Shown: one piece after another, positions 30,304 through 40,195 of the stretch
Layout of the letters: each line of letters begins with the position of its first letter
Numbering within the stretch: the first letter of the stretch is position 1
IMG/VR virus record: IMGVR_UViG_2724679206_000002
Location: 8,877 to 72,876 of that record
From: a virus
Taxonomy: Duplodnaviria > Caudoviricetes
Length of the DNA: 64,000 bases
Strand: one strand, 5' to 3'
Program-made: the position numbers and the translations under genes
Notes under the pieces: generated by a model
Databases searched by the model: none
What the model was told of the DNA's origin: nothing
The model's input: the letters and a program-made list of their open reading frames with translations, nothing else

Positions 30304-30345
30304 TTGGAACTGTATAGAACAGCCTTTTCCAAGTCATGCGAATCT
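30304..30345 (+). promoter_or_regulatory. Late promoter element 10 (major capsid)
   Basis: TTGGAAC-N29-GAATCT after terminator AAAAAACCTGC/GCAGGTTTTTTT. Confidence 0.75.
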
Positions 30346-30385
30346 ATTTCCATCAAAGATTTTAGACCCATGACAGGTAAAAAAT

Positions 30386-32149
30386 ATGTCTCTATCTGAT
30401 TTAATGCAGCAGCAATTCAAAGCGCAAATGCTTGCAACACAGCAATGCCAGAACTATTTCTATAAAGACGGTGAAGAAACTGGCTTTGACAGCGCTATGG
30501 GTATGCCGGAAATTCGCCCACAGGCGCTGAATGAATTACTTGATATTATGGGCTTTGACAGCGCTTCTGATGTCGATGAAGCGATTAAGACAGGGATCAG
30601 CCAGTATCAATATTGCCACGGCGGCGAATTGCCTCACCCATCCATCATTGCAACGGCATTAAGCAACGGTGTCGCCATTGCTAAAAAAGTTTGCAGCTAC
30701 AGTGATCAAGCGACTCAAGGCTATGCAGATTTAGAAAAAGGCTTTGATGACATCAGCAATACCCATCAAGAATCAGTCAGTATCGTGCCAGCACTGTCAG
30801 TGACCACAATTGCAACAACGATTGCGTATGCCTCTCCAATTGTGGCTTATATTCCAAACAGCAACGGTTCAAATGAAGTACCGATTGTTGCTGCGCGTTT
30901 TGTCACTGACCGCACATTTGGCGCCATGGAAAAAAATGATTATCTCGATGGTGTACAGGCGGCAAAGCCATATGCTGAAGGGCGCTTCCGTTTTGCGCTC
31001 AGCAATGGCGGGGCTGGCGCCGTATATACAGTAGTCGCACACACGCATTATGCGGACTATGCCGCTAAAACACCGGATATCAATGCGCCACTGCTGCCAT
31101 TTATCAGCGGTAATGTTTCTATTCGTATTGCGGGCAAAGAAGTTGCGCACACCCGCAGCCGCAGCAAATCTAAACTTGCAGGCTCTATTTCTGCGATTGC
31201 TGAAAAAAATGCAAATATTGGCGGCGAAGTATACTCAGTGACTTCCAGCAATATTAATTTGGATACCAGTTCGATTTCAGTCACCTTGGATAAAGAGCTT
31301 CCTGACGGCATCAAGCTGGAAGTGTGTTTAATTGCTGATTTTGAAGCACGTGATGCTGCCAATAAATTCAAAATGGAACCGGTTGGCGTCAGCATGGAGC
31401 CTGAATACGAAACATTGGTCAGCGCGCCGATCATGACGCAAATCCGGGCATCGAAACTGCTGGTCAATCAGATATCAAGCGAACTGAAAGTCGGTTTTGT
31501 AGGAACTGCATTAGGACTGATGCAAGGTAAAATCTATCTTGAGCAGACGATCCGGCTGTTGGGTGAAGGTAAAGACCGTGCTTTATACAATGGCCGAGAG
31601 TTTACCTTTGATGCTTCCCGCGGTGTAACGGGCAATTTAGCTGCGGCATATAACACTTCTGGCGATTTGTTCGGCGAATTCATGAAGTATCTTGAAGCGG
31701 CGAAGTTAGGGATTGTTCAGGATTCTGGCGGCGCTACAGTCGGTTTTGATTTGTATGTCGGCGATACGGCTAAAATTTTCTTTGCACAGCTGTCATCAGA
31801 CAAAATGCCAGTGAAAACAGGTGCTACTGCCGGCCATGGTCAAATTGTACGGATTGGTACATTGGCTGACGGCACTAATGTTTATCACGTGCCAAGCTCT
31901 GCCGCTGTGCTGAATGAAGCAGGCCAAGCTTTTGAAATGCTGCTGATTGGCCGAGGTAATGAACCAGTACGCAATCCATTTATCGGCTTTACGGAAATGC
32001 CGCTGACAGTGAGTGAAGCGACTCCAGATCCGCGTGAACAGCTGATTGCCTTAATTGGATCACAGGCTGCAGAACTTAACCCGCTGGACCGCTATGCTGA
32101 TCAGTTTGCATTGATCAACGCGATCAACATGCCAAAACTCAAAAACTAA
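30386..32149 (+). CDS. Major capsid protein (P1 gp23-like)
   Basis: 587 aa, own promoter and terminator, N-terminal propeptide with FDS motifs, synteny capsid-sheath-gp21. Confidence 0.7.
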   Translation: MSLSDLMQQQFKAQMLATQQCQNYFYKDGEETGFDSAMGMPEIRPQALNELLDIMGFDSASDVDEAIKTGISQYQYCHGGELPHPSIIATALSNGVAIAKKVCSYSDQATQGYADLEKGFDDISNTHQESVSIVPALSVTTIATTIAYASPIVAYIPNSNGSNEVPIVAARFVTDRTFGAMEKNDYLDGVQAAKPYAEGRFRFALSNGGAGAVYTVVAHTHYADYAAKTPDINAPLLPFISGNVSIRIAGKEVAHTRSRSKSKLAGSISAIAEKNANIGGEVYSVTSSNINLDTSSISVTLDKELPDGIKLEVCLIADFEARDAANKFKMEPVGVSMEPEYETLVSAPIMTQIRASKLLVNQISSELKVGFVGTALGLMQGKIYLEQTIRLLGEGKDRALYNGREFTFDASRGVTGNLAAAYNTSGDLFGEFMKYLEAAKLGIVQDSGGATVGFDLYVGDTAKIFFAQLSSDKMPVKTGATAGHGQIVRIGTLADGTNVYHVPSSAAVLNEAGQAFEMLLIGRGNEPVRNPFIGFTEMPLTVSEATPDPREQLIALIGSQAAELNPLDRYADQFALINAINMPKLKN

Positions 32150-32161
32150 AATTCAGTAAAT

Positions 32162-32189
32162 TAAGGCGCATTGAATATGCGCCTTATTT
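32162..32189 (+). terminator. Terminator after the capsid gene
   Basis: TAAGGCGCAT-tgaat-ATGCGCCTTATTT. Confidence 0.7.
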
Positions 32190-32219
32190 CATTTTCTAAT
32201 TTGATTAAGGGTGATTAAG

Positions 32220-32855
32220 ATGACTCAAGCCAACCCAAATGTTCCAGCAGAAAAAGCCGCTGCAGCCAAAAGACGCACCGCTAGACCGAAAGCCGCTGCA
32301 GCGACTGAAGTTCTTGTTTCAGCTGATGCTGAAGTGCAACAAGAGCTGCCGCAAGCAGATGCAGAACTGCTAGCTGCAGATCATTCGCCTGCCACAACAG
32401 AACAGCTTGAAAAAGTTGATCCTGTAGAAAAAGAAGAAAAGGACCCTGATCAAGAAACAGGTCATTCACTGTCATCAGCAGAAACTGAGTTACTGGCGGA
32501 AAAACAGAAATCAGAATCAGCGGATTTGTCCGATAAAGCAAATGATGAAGTTGTTTCGGCTCCGGCATCAGTCATTTCAGAACCTTCAGCTGCTTTGCAA
32601 AAACCAAGTGATAACTCAGAAAGCAAGGCGGTTGCAACTTCTAAAAAAACACAAGCCTCATCACAGCACCGCATATACGTAACTGTTAAAAATATGGGTA
32701 TGCAAGCTGTATTCGAGCCGCTATCCAAGACATCAATTAAGCCAGGTGAATCAGTTGTAATTGGCTGTAAATCAAATCAATTCAAATCGGAAGTTGTAAA
32801 TAACTTGCAGCAGTTTATTGGCCTAGGCAAACGATTGGAGATCAAAAATGCATGA
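32220..32855 (+). CDS. Low-complexity protein with C-terminal anchor-like module
   Basis: Acidic disordered N-terminus; C-terminal VKN...AVFEPL....KPGE...NLQQ module shared with the next gene. Confidence 0.7.
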   Translation: MTQANPNVPAEKAAAAKRRTARPKAAAATEVLVSADAEVQQELPQADAELLAADHSPATTEQLEKVDPVEKEEKDPDQETGHSLSSAETELLAEKQKSESADLSDKANDEVVSAPASVISEPSAALQKPSDNSESKAVATSKKTQASSQHRIYVTVKNMGMQAVFEPLSKTSIKPGESVVIGCKSNQFKSEVVNNLQQFIGLGKRLEIKNA

Positions 32856-33849
32856 ATATAACGGCTCAAATTCGCTGCTTGATGCACTGGGTGACGTGCC
32901 TAGTGTTAAAGTCATCAGTATGACAAATACCTCTGCTTATGCGGTGACAGAGCCATTAACGCAAGTGCTTTTGAAACCAAATGAAGTCACTGTTATTCAA
33001 GTTACGGGTGCGGCGGCTTTAGAGCAAATAATTTCTAATTTAGGGCAAATTAATGCCTTAAAAGCAAATATTATTCAGCATGAATTACATGAGCCAGAGA
33101 ATTCTGAAAATTCCATGGTAATGCGCGTTTCAGAAGAAGCGGATTTCGTGACACTGGCCATAGGCGGCGGACCATTCCAGATTGACTGGGGCGATGGTAC
33201 AGCTGAGTTCATCACAGAAGGGTATGTAACCCATGAATATGCCGCCCGCGCAGAATGGCGTATTGTCATTGATAAGGAACAGGGAAACATAAGCCCGTCA
33301 CCAATGATGTTGGGTGTTGCTGTTGGTATCAAAGAAGTGATTGCGTGGTGGGGTGAAGGGTACGAAGTTTTACGATTTATTGATTCTGAAGAAGATAGGC
33401 TTCAGGATAAGCTGATTAAAGTTCCAAACATTGCACCTCAAGTATTTTCGCTTGAAAGAGGCGAATATTCACCGATTTTCTGTGCATGCACTAAAATTAA
33501 TGATCCAAACATTAGCGAATGGGATGTGTCTTTATGGCCGAATTTGGGCGGCATGTTCCAGCTTGCATCGGCATTCAATCAATCGCTAAATAAGTGGAAT
33601 GTATCGAATGCTAGAAGCATAAATGCTATGTTCCAGTATGCATTGGCATTCAATCAGCCGCTAAATGAATGGGATGTGTCTAGTAATGACGGCAACATGG
33701 TCAGCGCTTTCGAAGGTGCAGAATCATTTGATCAAGACCTATCCGGCTGGTGTGTGGGGAATATTCTGTCAGAGCCGCAAGCATTTGCAGTCGGTTCCGC
33801 ATTGCAACCTCAACATATGCCGGTTTGGGGGACTTGTCCTGTCGAATAA
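32848..33849 (+). CDS. Putative decoration/adhesin: anchor module + PKD-like + DUF285/BspA-like repeats
   Basis: TN..AVTEPL....KPNE...NLGQ N-terminus; IDWGDG; repeated WDVS...MF..A.AFNQ.L. Confidence 0.75.
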   Translation: MHEYNGSNSLLDALGDVPSVKVISMTNTSAYAVTEPLTQVLLKPNEVTVIQVTGAAALEQIISNLGQINALKANIIQHELHEPENSENSMVMRVSEEADFVTLAIGGGPFQIDWGDGTAEFITEGYVTHEYAARAEWRIVIDKEQGNISPSPMMLGVAVGIKEVIAWWGEGYEVLRFIDSEEDRLQDKLIKVPNIAPQVFSLERGEYSPIFCACTKINDPNISEWDVSLWPNLGGMFQLASAFNQSLNKWNVSNARSINAMFQYALAFNQPLNEWDVSSNDGNMVSAFEGAESFDQDLSGWCVGNILSEPQAFAVGSALQPQHMPVWGTCPVE

Positions 33850-33896
33850 GTTCTTTGTATAAAAACTATAACTCTGCTTCGGCAGGGTTTTTTTTA

Positions 33897-33938
33897 TTGG
33901 AACTAATAAAAATTTTGCCCAGCGCGTACTGCAAGAAT
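33897..33938 (+). promoter_or_regulatory. Late promoter element 11 (sheath)
   Basis: TTGGAAC-N29-AAGAAT directly after terminator AACTCTGC-ttcg-GCAGGGTTTTTTT. Confidence 0.8.
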
Positions 33939-33972
33939 AAAGCTAAGAATTTTGCCGCAGGCAGTCATCATA

Positions 33973-35271
33973 ATGATTTTAAATTTAGACCAGCAAGGTA
34001 ACTTGAATCTGTCAACATCATCAGATGAAGAGGCGGTTTTTAACCTTGAATTGGTGACATACAGTTACTTGGCAGATGCACAGCTTGAAGCTGCATTTAT
34101 CAGTAAAGTTTCAAATCCAGAACTCTCAGATATTGTCTTGCGTCTTCGTATTGTGGATTCAGTCAATGGTGATGAAATTATTAAAATTCAGGGAGCGCTG
34201 GATGAAGACCCTGACAATTTGGCATCTATTGTCGCTGTGGCTGACGCAACAAAAGAGTTTGAAGTTTTTGAGCTCGCCTTGCCGCAGGAACCAAGTGATA
34301 TTTTGGAGGCTATCAAGAGCTCAGAGGCCTTTAACTCATCCAACAGCCTAGGTCGCAGCAAAACAGTCATTGAATTGCCAGATGATACGTTGCCGGCATT
34401 TGATGGTGATGAGATTTATACCATTCTGACCAATCAGGTCGAGCCGCCGGCCTATATTGTCCTGCCGCAAACAGATGACCTGCCGATATATGTGGCGGCA
34501 CTGCGCGCAGCGGAAAAATTGAATATTCCGCTTGATGCTGAAATCGACCCAACCATTACAGCGGAACAAGCAGCGGAATTTGCATTATCCATGGATGCCC
34601 AGTCGCACCGCGTTCAATTCATCTGGTCACCAAATCTTTGCCGAGCGCGAGATTCAGTTTCATTAAGCGGGCGAAAAATACCTGCGCCGTATATTGGGCA
34701 ATATATCGGTGACAAGCTGTTGCGCAATGCACGTACTGATGCAGAAGGCTATGCGCCGCTGCATGTCGCTGTAGCATGGAAGGATTTTCCGTTCCGTAAA
34801 AAAGCATTAGAGCTTCGTCCCGATATTGTATTGGATGAGCCGACGGTAGAAATGCTGGCTAAAGCCAAAGTTAATGTCGTGCGTCCAATCAAGTTTAAAC
34901 AGGGCATGCGTTATGTGCTAAGTGATCTGCTGACTCAGCGCCAAAGCAAGAACAGTGCGCTTCGCTTAGTACCGGCAGCTGAAATTGCCATGCGTACATC
35001 CAATGAAGTGGTTTCAATCTTAAAAGAACATATGCTGAAGCCGACTTCCAGTTATTTGAAAGATGCCAGCGATGACATTGACGATTATCTATCTGGCGCC
35101 GTGACTGCCGGATGGCTGAAGCCTGCTGATGATTTAGGCGGTAAGCCATATGCCTTCCGTTTGACGCCGGATAAAAATTTCCCATTTGAACGTGTGCGCC
35201 TTTACTTAGCGCGGCGTCCTGAAGGCGCAACACGGGCAGTTATTTTTGATGAAGACGTTTTAGTTAAATAA
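33973..35271 (+). CDS. Tail sheath protein (P1 gp22-like), apparently lacking the N-terminal domain
   Basis: LAKAKVNVVR, D.LT...KNSALRL, P.G.TR C-terminal sheath features. Confidence 0.7.
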   Translation: MILNLDQQGNLNLSTSSDEEAVFNLELVTYSYLADAQLEAAFISKVSNPELSDIVLRLRIVDSVNGDEIIKIQGALDEDPDNLASIVAVADATKEFEVFELALPQEPSDILEAIKSSEAFNSSNSLGRSKTVIELPDDTLPAFDGDEIYTILTNQVEPPAYIVLPQTDDLPIYVAALRAAEKLNIPLDAEIDPTITAEQAAEFALSMDAQSHRVQFIWSPNLCRARDSVSLSGRKIPAPYIGQYIGDKLLRNARTDAEGYAPLHVAVAWKDFPFRKKALELRPDIVLDEPTVEMLAKAKVNVVRPIKFKQGMRYVLSDLLTQRQSKNSALRLVPAAEIAMRTSNEVVSILKEHMLKPTSSYLKDASDDIDDYLSGAVTAGWLKPADDLGGKPYAFRLTPDKNFPFERVRLYLARRPEGATRAVIFDEDVLVK

Positions 35272-35289
35272 TTTTAGGCAGGTGAAAAT

Positions 35290-36066
35290 ATGTTTGGTTC
35301 AAAAAACCCTTTAAATGCAAAAACTCAGAATTTACTTCTGCGAGAATTTGATTCAGCTGCTGCGGAAATTAAAACTTCTGTTTCAGCATTAACCAGTTCA
35401 ATTCGTGAAGAACTTTCATTTATTGAGCACGTCCGTGAACAAGCTTTAAACATTGTTGCGGAGCTTGCAGATGCAGTGACTGAAGGAACGCTTGAAGAAG
35501 GTGAGCTGCCATCGGACCGATTGGACTTTTTGATTTTGGAGGTGATCGACGGCGCTGATGATGATGAAAATACATTAGAAAATGCTGTATTAGAATCAAT
35601 TGCAGATGCATTGGCCACATTTGGGGTTGATGATTCTATTATTGAAGAAATGATGGGTGAAAATGTCGAAGCGGCCGATGCTGCGATTGAGGCGGCGGCA
35701 AGCACTGTAATTGCCAATATGCCAGACGATGGTGATCCGCTGGATGATTTGGTGCGTGAATTCATCTATGGCGAGCCAGATGAAATGGAAAGCGGCTTTG
35801 ATGCTGCAACTGGGAAAAAACTGTCCCGCGGAAAAATGACCACAAAATCTTTCAACGGCAAGAAAATCCGTTATAAAGCTATTGCTGCAATTCGCAAGGG
35901 GGTAAAGACAGTTGTTAATAAACGCTTACCAGGGCAAAAAGTTCGCTTATCCAGCGACCAAAAAGCGGGTTTGAAAAAAGCGCGCTTAAAATCGACTTCT
36001 GCAAACTCGATCCGTAAGCGCATGAAGTCGTTGCTTAAAGGTAAAAAACTTGGATTGTATAAATAA
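35290..36066 (+). CDS. P1 gp21-like protein (acidic body, very basic C-terminus)
   Basis: D/E-rich up to aa 170, then K/R-rich tail (VNKRLP...QKAGLKKAR.K...R.KS); follows the sheath gene. Confidence 0.65.
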   Translation: MFGSKNPLNAKTQNLLLREFDSAAAEIKTSVSALTSSIREELSFIEHVREQALNIVAELADAVTEGTLEEGELPSDRLDFLILEVIDGADDDENTLENAVLESIADALATFGVDDSIIEEMMGENVEAADAAIEAAASTVIANMPDDGDPLDDLVREFIYGEPDEMESGFDAATGKKLSRGKMTTKSFNGKKIRYKAIAAIRKGVKTVVNKRLPGQKVRLSSDQKAGLKKARLKSTSANSIRKRMKSLLKGKKLGLYK

Positions 36067-36147
36067 CCAAAATTGCGCAATTATAATTTATTTCATTTCT
36101 TAGAGTAGAACTAAAGTTATCAGTTAATTTTATAATTTACCGATACT

Positions 36148-36181
36148 AAAAATAAGAGCGCTTATGGGCGCTCTTATTTTT
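36148..36181. terminator. Bidirectional terminator
   Basis: AAAATAAGAGCGC-ttatgg-GCGCTCTTATTTT between convergent genes. Confidence 0.8.
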
Positions 36182-36202
36182 ATATCCGATAATTGGGTTA
36201 AA

Positions 36203-37822
36203 TTAATGAAACACAGTTTCAAGTGCTTTTAACCCTACTTTTGGGTCTAGCAAACCATTGTAGATGTCTGGAATTTCTCGATTTACACCAAAAAATTCAT
36301 AAATAGCGAGCATAGCGCCACGCACTGAATATTCAACAGTAAAAACCACATCATCTTCGATTTCTACGAACTGCCCCAAAAAGGCGAAGTTTTTTGAACC
36401 ATGTGGAATAACTAAAGGACGGTCACCAGGTTTGCGGCATGCGAACAATGCGGATGCATACGGCATCATGGCTGTCGTCACATCAGTTGTATCTAAAACA
36501 TGTTCTAAGATGTCATCAAAACCAAGTTGCTTAACGAGTTCAGTTAAAATCTCTTTACCTGTTGCTTCACACATTGGTTTCTTAATGTAGTTACCTTGAT
36601 GGTCTATTTGGAAACCATAGCCCCACAAAGTGTATATACCTTCCGGCAAATCGGCAAAATGGGGCTGTGCAGGAACAACAATTGATAAGTGCCAGCCAGA
36701 TTCAAACCAAGTCATCAGCGCGCCTGTACCGGGCTCATTACCCGTATAGTCAATGATACGCTTTAATAGCACATCATCTTTCATTGTAAGGGTGAACGAT
36801 TCCCATTTATGCTCATCGACGTTGCCGCAAAAAGTCATCGGGCGTCCAAAATCAGGGGCTTTTTTGGCTAAAGTTTCCCACAATGTCCAGCCATGATCCA
36901 AACGATCACGGATTAAAGGTGGCACATCATCATTGCCTCCATAACGTGAATCTGCAGTAATTGATCCTAATGTGAATATAGCTAAGTCTTGTGGTTTAAC
37001 TTCAATCTGCTCTGTGCCCTCAGGCAGCTTGACATATAATCGCGTCGCTTGGCGCTCTTGAGTTTGTGCGTCTGTGACAAAGTCTGCATCAGTCACATAA
37101 TTTCCAAAGCGAACATCAACACCTTGTGCCGTCAACCAGCGTTGTAGAGGCAAAATCATAGAATCATACTGATTGTATTTAGTACGTTTTACGCCAGCGA
37201 GGGTATGAATACGTGGTAATTCCTGAATGAATCGTAAAAAATAGCGACGCAATTCGGCGGCGCTATGCCATTTTTGAAAGGCAAAGGTGGTACGCCACAT
37301 GCGCCAGAAATTGGTGTCAAAAAAAGCCTCATCAAAAAATTCGTCAATACGCCGGCTACCAATTTTTTCCTCTTTAGAGGCAAGTAGGCGCAACATTTGT
37401 GCGCGGTGCATTGTGTTAAGTCCTAACTTTGCAGCGTCAGCAATATTATGTTTTGAATCAATCAATCGCGCTTGAGCATGAGTTTTAATCTGCTCATTGA
37501 ATTGGCGGCACTCTTCACGTACAGAAATTTCCGGGTTTTCTAAAGAAGGAATACTGGAAAATAAGTCCCAAAGGCATAAATAGGTTTCATCTGTTAACAT
37601 ACGCCCGCCACGCGTCACCCACGCCTGAGCAGCATGTGGGGTATGGCCGCCGTCCATTGATCCGCCGGAGATATCAAGCTCTTCCAGAATATGAATGTTT
37701 TTTGCAGGAACTTTGGCATCACGGATGGCAAAAGCCGCCGCTGCCATACCTGCAATACCTCCGCCAATAATCCAAAGATGTGAATGCTGCGGATCCAAAG
37801 CACTGCGTTTATTATTTTGCAT
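36203..37822 (-). CDS. ohyA: Oleate hydratase (MCRA family)
   Basis: IIGGGIAG, GGSMDG, RGGRM, FQKWHSA.E..RY, YNQYDS, GQFVE..DDVVFTVEYSVR. Confidence 0.93.
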   Translation of the reverse strand: MQNNKRSALDPQHSHLWIIGGGIAGMAAAAFAIRDAKVPAKNIHILEELDISGGSMDGGHTPHAAQAWVTRGGRMLTDETYLCLWDLFSSIPSLENPEISVREECRQFNEQIKTHAQARLIDSKHNIADAAKLGLNTMHRAQMLRLLASKEEKIGSRRIDEFFDEAFFDTNFWRMWRTTFAFQKWHSAAELRRYFLRFIQELPRIHTLAGVKRTKYNQYDSMILPLQRWLTAQGVDVRFGNYVTDADFVTDAQTQERQATRLYVKLPEGTEQIEVKPQDLAIFTLGSITADSRYGGNDDVPPLIRDRLDHGWTLWETLAKKAPDFGRPMTFCGNVDEHKWESFTLTMKDDVLLKRIIDYTGNEPGTGALMTWFESGWHLSIVVPAQPHFADLPEGIYTLWGYGFQIDHQGNYIKKPMCEATGKEILTELVKQLGFDDILEHVLDTTDVTTAMMPYASALFACRKPGDRPLVIPHGSKNFAFLGQFVEIEDDVVFTVEYSVRGAMLAIYEFFGVNREIPDIYNGLLDPKVGLKALETVFH

Positions 37823-38135
37823 TGTTTGCCCTCGATTGATAAAAATTATGTGTGGTAGGTTTTTAAAACCATAATTTTAGTATGTCTTTTTATATATGAA
37901 AAGTGTATGAAATTTAAAGTATTTAAATAACTATTTTTGTAATGAAGAATCCATTCTTAATAGTTTTTTTGGATATTTTATTAAATACATTAAAAATTTT
38001 GGTGATAAATAGGGAGTGTTAAAGTTCGCTTTTAAATCCTTCTAAGAACTGAAACACTTTAATAGAAGATATTCAATTTTTTTACTTTCAGCTAACGGGC
38101 TATAAACTTTAATTATCAATAAACTAAGTCATGGA

Positions 38136-38176
38136 TTGGAACATGCTAAAAAAATAGACCAATCATTTGTCAAAAT
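38136..38176 (+). promoter_or_regulatory. Late promoter element 12 (tube operon)
   Basis: TTGGAAC-N28-CAAAAT. Confidence 0.8.
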
Positions 38177-38205
38177 AAATTATCAAAAGACATTTGAGAA
38201 AAGCG

Positions 38206-38847
38206 ATGCGTCAAGTCAATCCTATTTTACTCAATCAGTTAAGAGCTGACTATTTAGCAATTAAGCAGCTTGGTTCTCCTCTATTAGCCTGCCAAGGAAT
38301 GTTGGTGCCGCGCGGCATGGAAGACTACCGCTTGCTGATCAAGAGCTGCCCGCGTCCAATAGTCAGCAATGAAGATCCAGCGGAAGTGCAATACCCTGGC
38401 GGGTTTACAGGCATTGTTGCAGGTGTACCTAAAACGCACTACACAGGCAACTTGCAGATGTTGGTGACTGAAGCTGGCCATGATCAGATTTTTGCAGATT
38501 ATATTGTTGCCAATGGCGGAATGATTGACTGCGATTATTATGATGGCCGTGTAGACAGCTTTACTCGGGCATATTTTCTGGAGAATTGTGCAATCCGTTT
38601 TGAAATGGCTGAATACGATTCGGATAGCCGCTCCCAAAATATGACTGTTTCATGCCCGATAGACTTTAACTTTTTCGGCAACTTCGCAAATATTGGCAGC
38701 AATGGCACCATCTTACCGGGCTTGCGTCAAATCGAAGGTACTCAAGAGCTGATCAGCCGTGTGCAGACTGTGATTGATACAGCGCTGTCAGCTACGACGA
38801 GCTTGCAAAGCAGTGTTACACGTCAACTAGGATCTCTTTTCGGATAA
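38206..38847 (+). CDS. Tail tube-like protein (P1 BplB/Tub-like)
   Basis: Beta-rich tube-like pattern; first gene after a late promoter. Confidence 0.55.
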   Translation: MRQVNPILLNQLRADYLAIKQLGSPLLACQGMLVPRGMEDYRLLIKSCPRPIVSNEDPAEVQYPGGFTGIVAGVPKTHYTGNLQMLVTEAGHDQIFADYIVANGGMIDCDYYDGRVDSFTRAYFLENCAIRFEMAEYDSDSRSQNMTVSCPIDFNFFGNFANIGSNGTILPGLRQIEGTQELISRVQTVIDTALSATTSLQSSVTRQLGSLFG

Positions 38848-38851
38848 AGCC

Positions 38852-39298
38852 ATGCAGTTATTGCCGAATTATGGAACAAATACTTACCGTGCCGTGGCTG
38901 GGCCTATATCAATACTTGCAGAGGTTTACCACAAGAAGCTCACTTTGAAAGGCTATTCATTGCTGCAGGATGAAGTCCAATCCGCTTTTATTGAGGAAGT
39001 TAAGCGCTATGCCGGCTGGCAAAGCCTTACTTGCCAGAAAAACGCGACAGCTCCGATCGAAGTAGACGAAAATTTAATTCTTGAAGCTTTTGAATGGGTC
39101 ATCATTGAGCCGTGCGTAAAGGCGAACTGTGATCTTATCCAAGCATCATTGGTTGAAGCTTCACGCAGTATGGGTACTGAAGGGTTTGGCATGACGGTCA
39201 GTGAAGCTGAACAGGCCTATGAAGCTGAGAAGGAAAAAATGCCTAAGAACGCATTTATCCATCCGCCGTTCAGTTTTAAAACATTGGGAGGGCAGTAA
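38852..39298 (+). CDS. Phage structural protein, unknown function
   Basis: Operon position. Confidence 0.55.
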   Translation: MQLLPNYGTNTYRAVAGPISILAEVYHKKLTLKGYSLLQDEVQSAFIEEVKRYAGWQSLTCQKNATAPIEVDENLILEAFEWVIIEPCVKANCDLIQASLVEASRSMGTEGFGMTVSEAEQAYEAEKEKMPKNAFIHPPFSFKTLGGQ

Positions 39299-40195
39299 AT
39301 GCAAATCGTCATTACTGCTGCAAATAAGCTGATATCAGCATCAGAGTTAATGCTGGCCACGCTTCGCACTGATCTAGCTCCAGTGCCATTAAGCCTTGAA
39401 TTTTCTGTTAAGGCAACACCAGAACTTGAAGCTCAGCTTAAAGTGGGTGCCGAAATTTTAGTGGGTAATATCAGTCAACCGCTTGAAATTGTGCTGGTGC
39501 GGCCAGTCAAGTCGCAAACAGTGAAAGATGACCGCAGGATTGGCGCCATTTCATGTATTGCGGTTTTGGCTGGCTGTCAAAAGCTCATTGTGAATACTGA
39601 TCGGGCCATCATTCAAATTGAAACATCATTTAATGCTGCGATTAGAGCGTGCGGTGTAAAAAATATCCGCTTTGGAGATGATCTTCCTCTGCCAGAATTC
39701 ATTTGCCTTAAGGGCCGATTGCCTACAGTAAGGCTGGCACTGTATCTGCAGCAGGAAGCTGCAGTAATTTGTTTTCGCGATAATAAGCTGAATGTTTTGA
39801 AACTGGATTCACTATTTAAACAAGATCCAGTACTGAAATTGGATTTTAGTGAAGTAAGTTGGCTGAACAGCAATCAGAAAGAAAAGCTTCAAAAATCCTC
39901 CTATGTGTCAGTTGATCAAGACGGTTCAACGGTTATTGGTGATGACACAACAACATCGGGGCAAGCCGTTATTCAGAGAGCTGGACTGGATGCGCGTCAG
40001 CTGAAGAATTTAGAAAAGGTGCTCATTCCACGCGGGACGATTGAACGGCCGCTGAATATGGGTCTTATGGCGGGTTTAATTGTTGAAATCAGTCAAACAA
40101 AATACGTGATATTGACTGCTGCCCATCAGGTTGAAACCGGGGCAGTCGGGGGCAATGTCGGATCAATAACCAAATTATGGTTGGCAAGTTTATGA
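39299..40195 (+). CDS. Putative baseplate hub protein
   Basis: LRTDLAPVP.SLEF N-terminus, YVILTAAH C-terminus; upstream of the spike gene. Confidence 0.55.
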   Translation: MQIVITAANKLISASELMLATLRTDLAPVPLSLEFSVKATPELEAQLKVGAEILVGNISQPLEIVLVRPVKSQTVKDDRRIGAISCIAVLAGCQKLIVNTDRAIIQIETSFNAAIRACGVKNIRFGDDLPLPEFICLKGRLPTVRLALYLQQEAAVICFRDNKLNVLKLDSLFKQDPVLKLDFSEVSWLNSNQKEKLQKSSYVSVDQDGSTVIGDDTTTSGQAVIQRAGLDARQLKNLEKVLIPRGTIERPLNMGLMAGLIVEISQTKYVILTAAHQVETGAVGGNVGSITKLWLASL

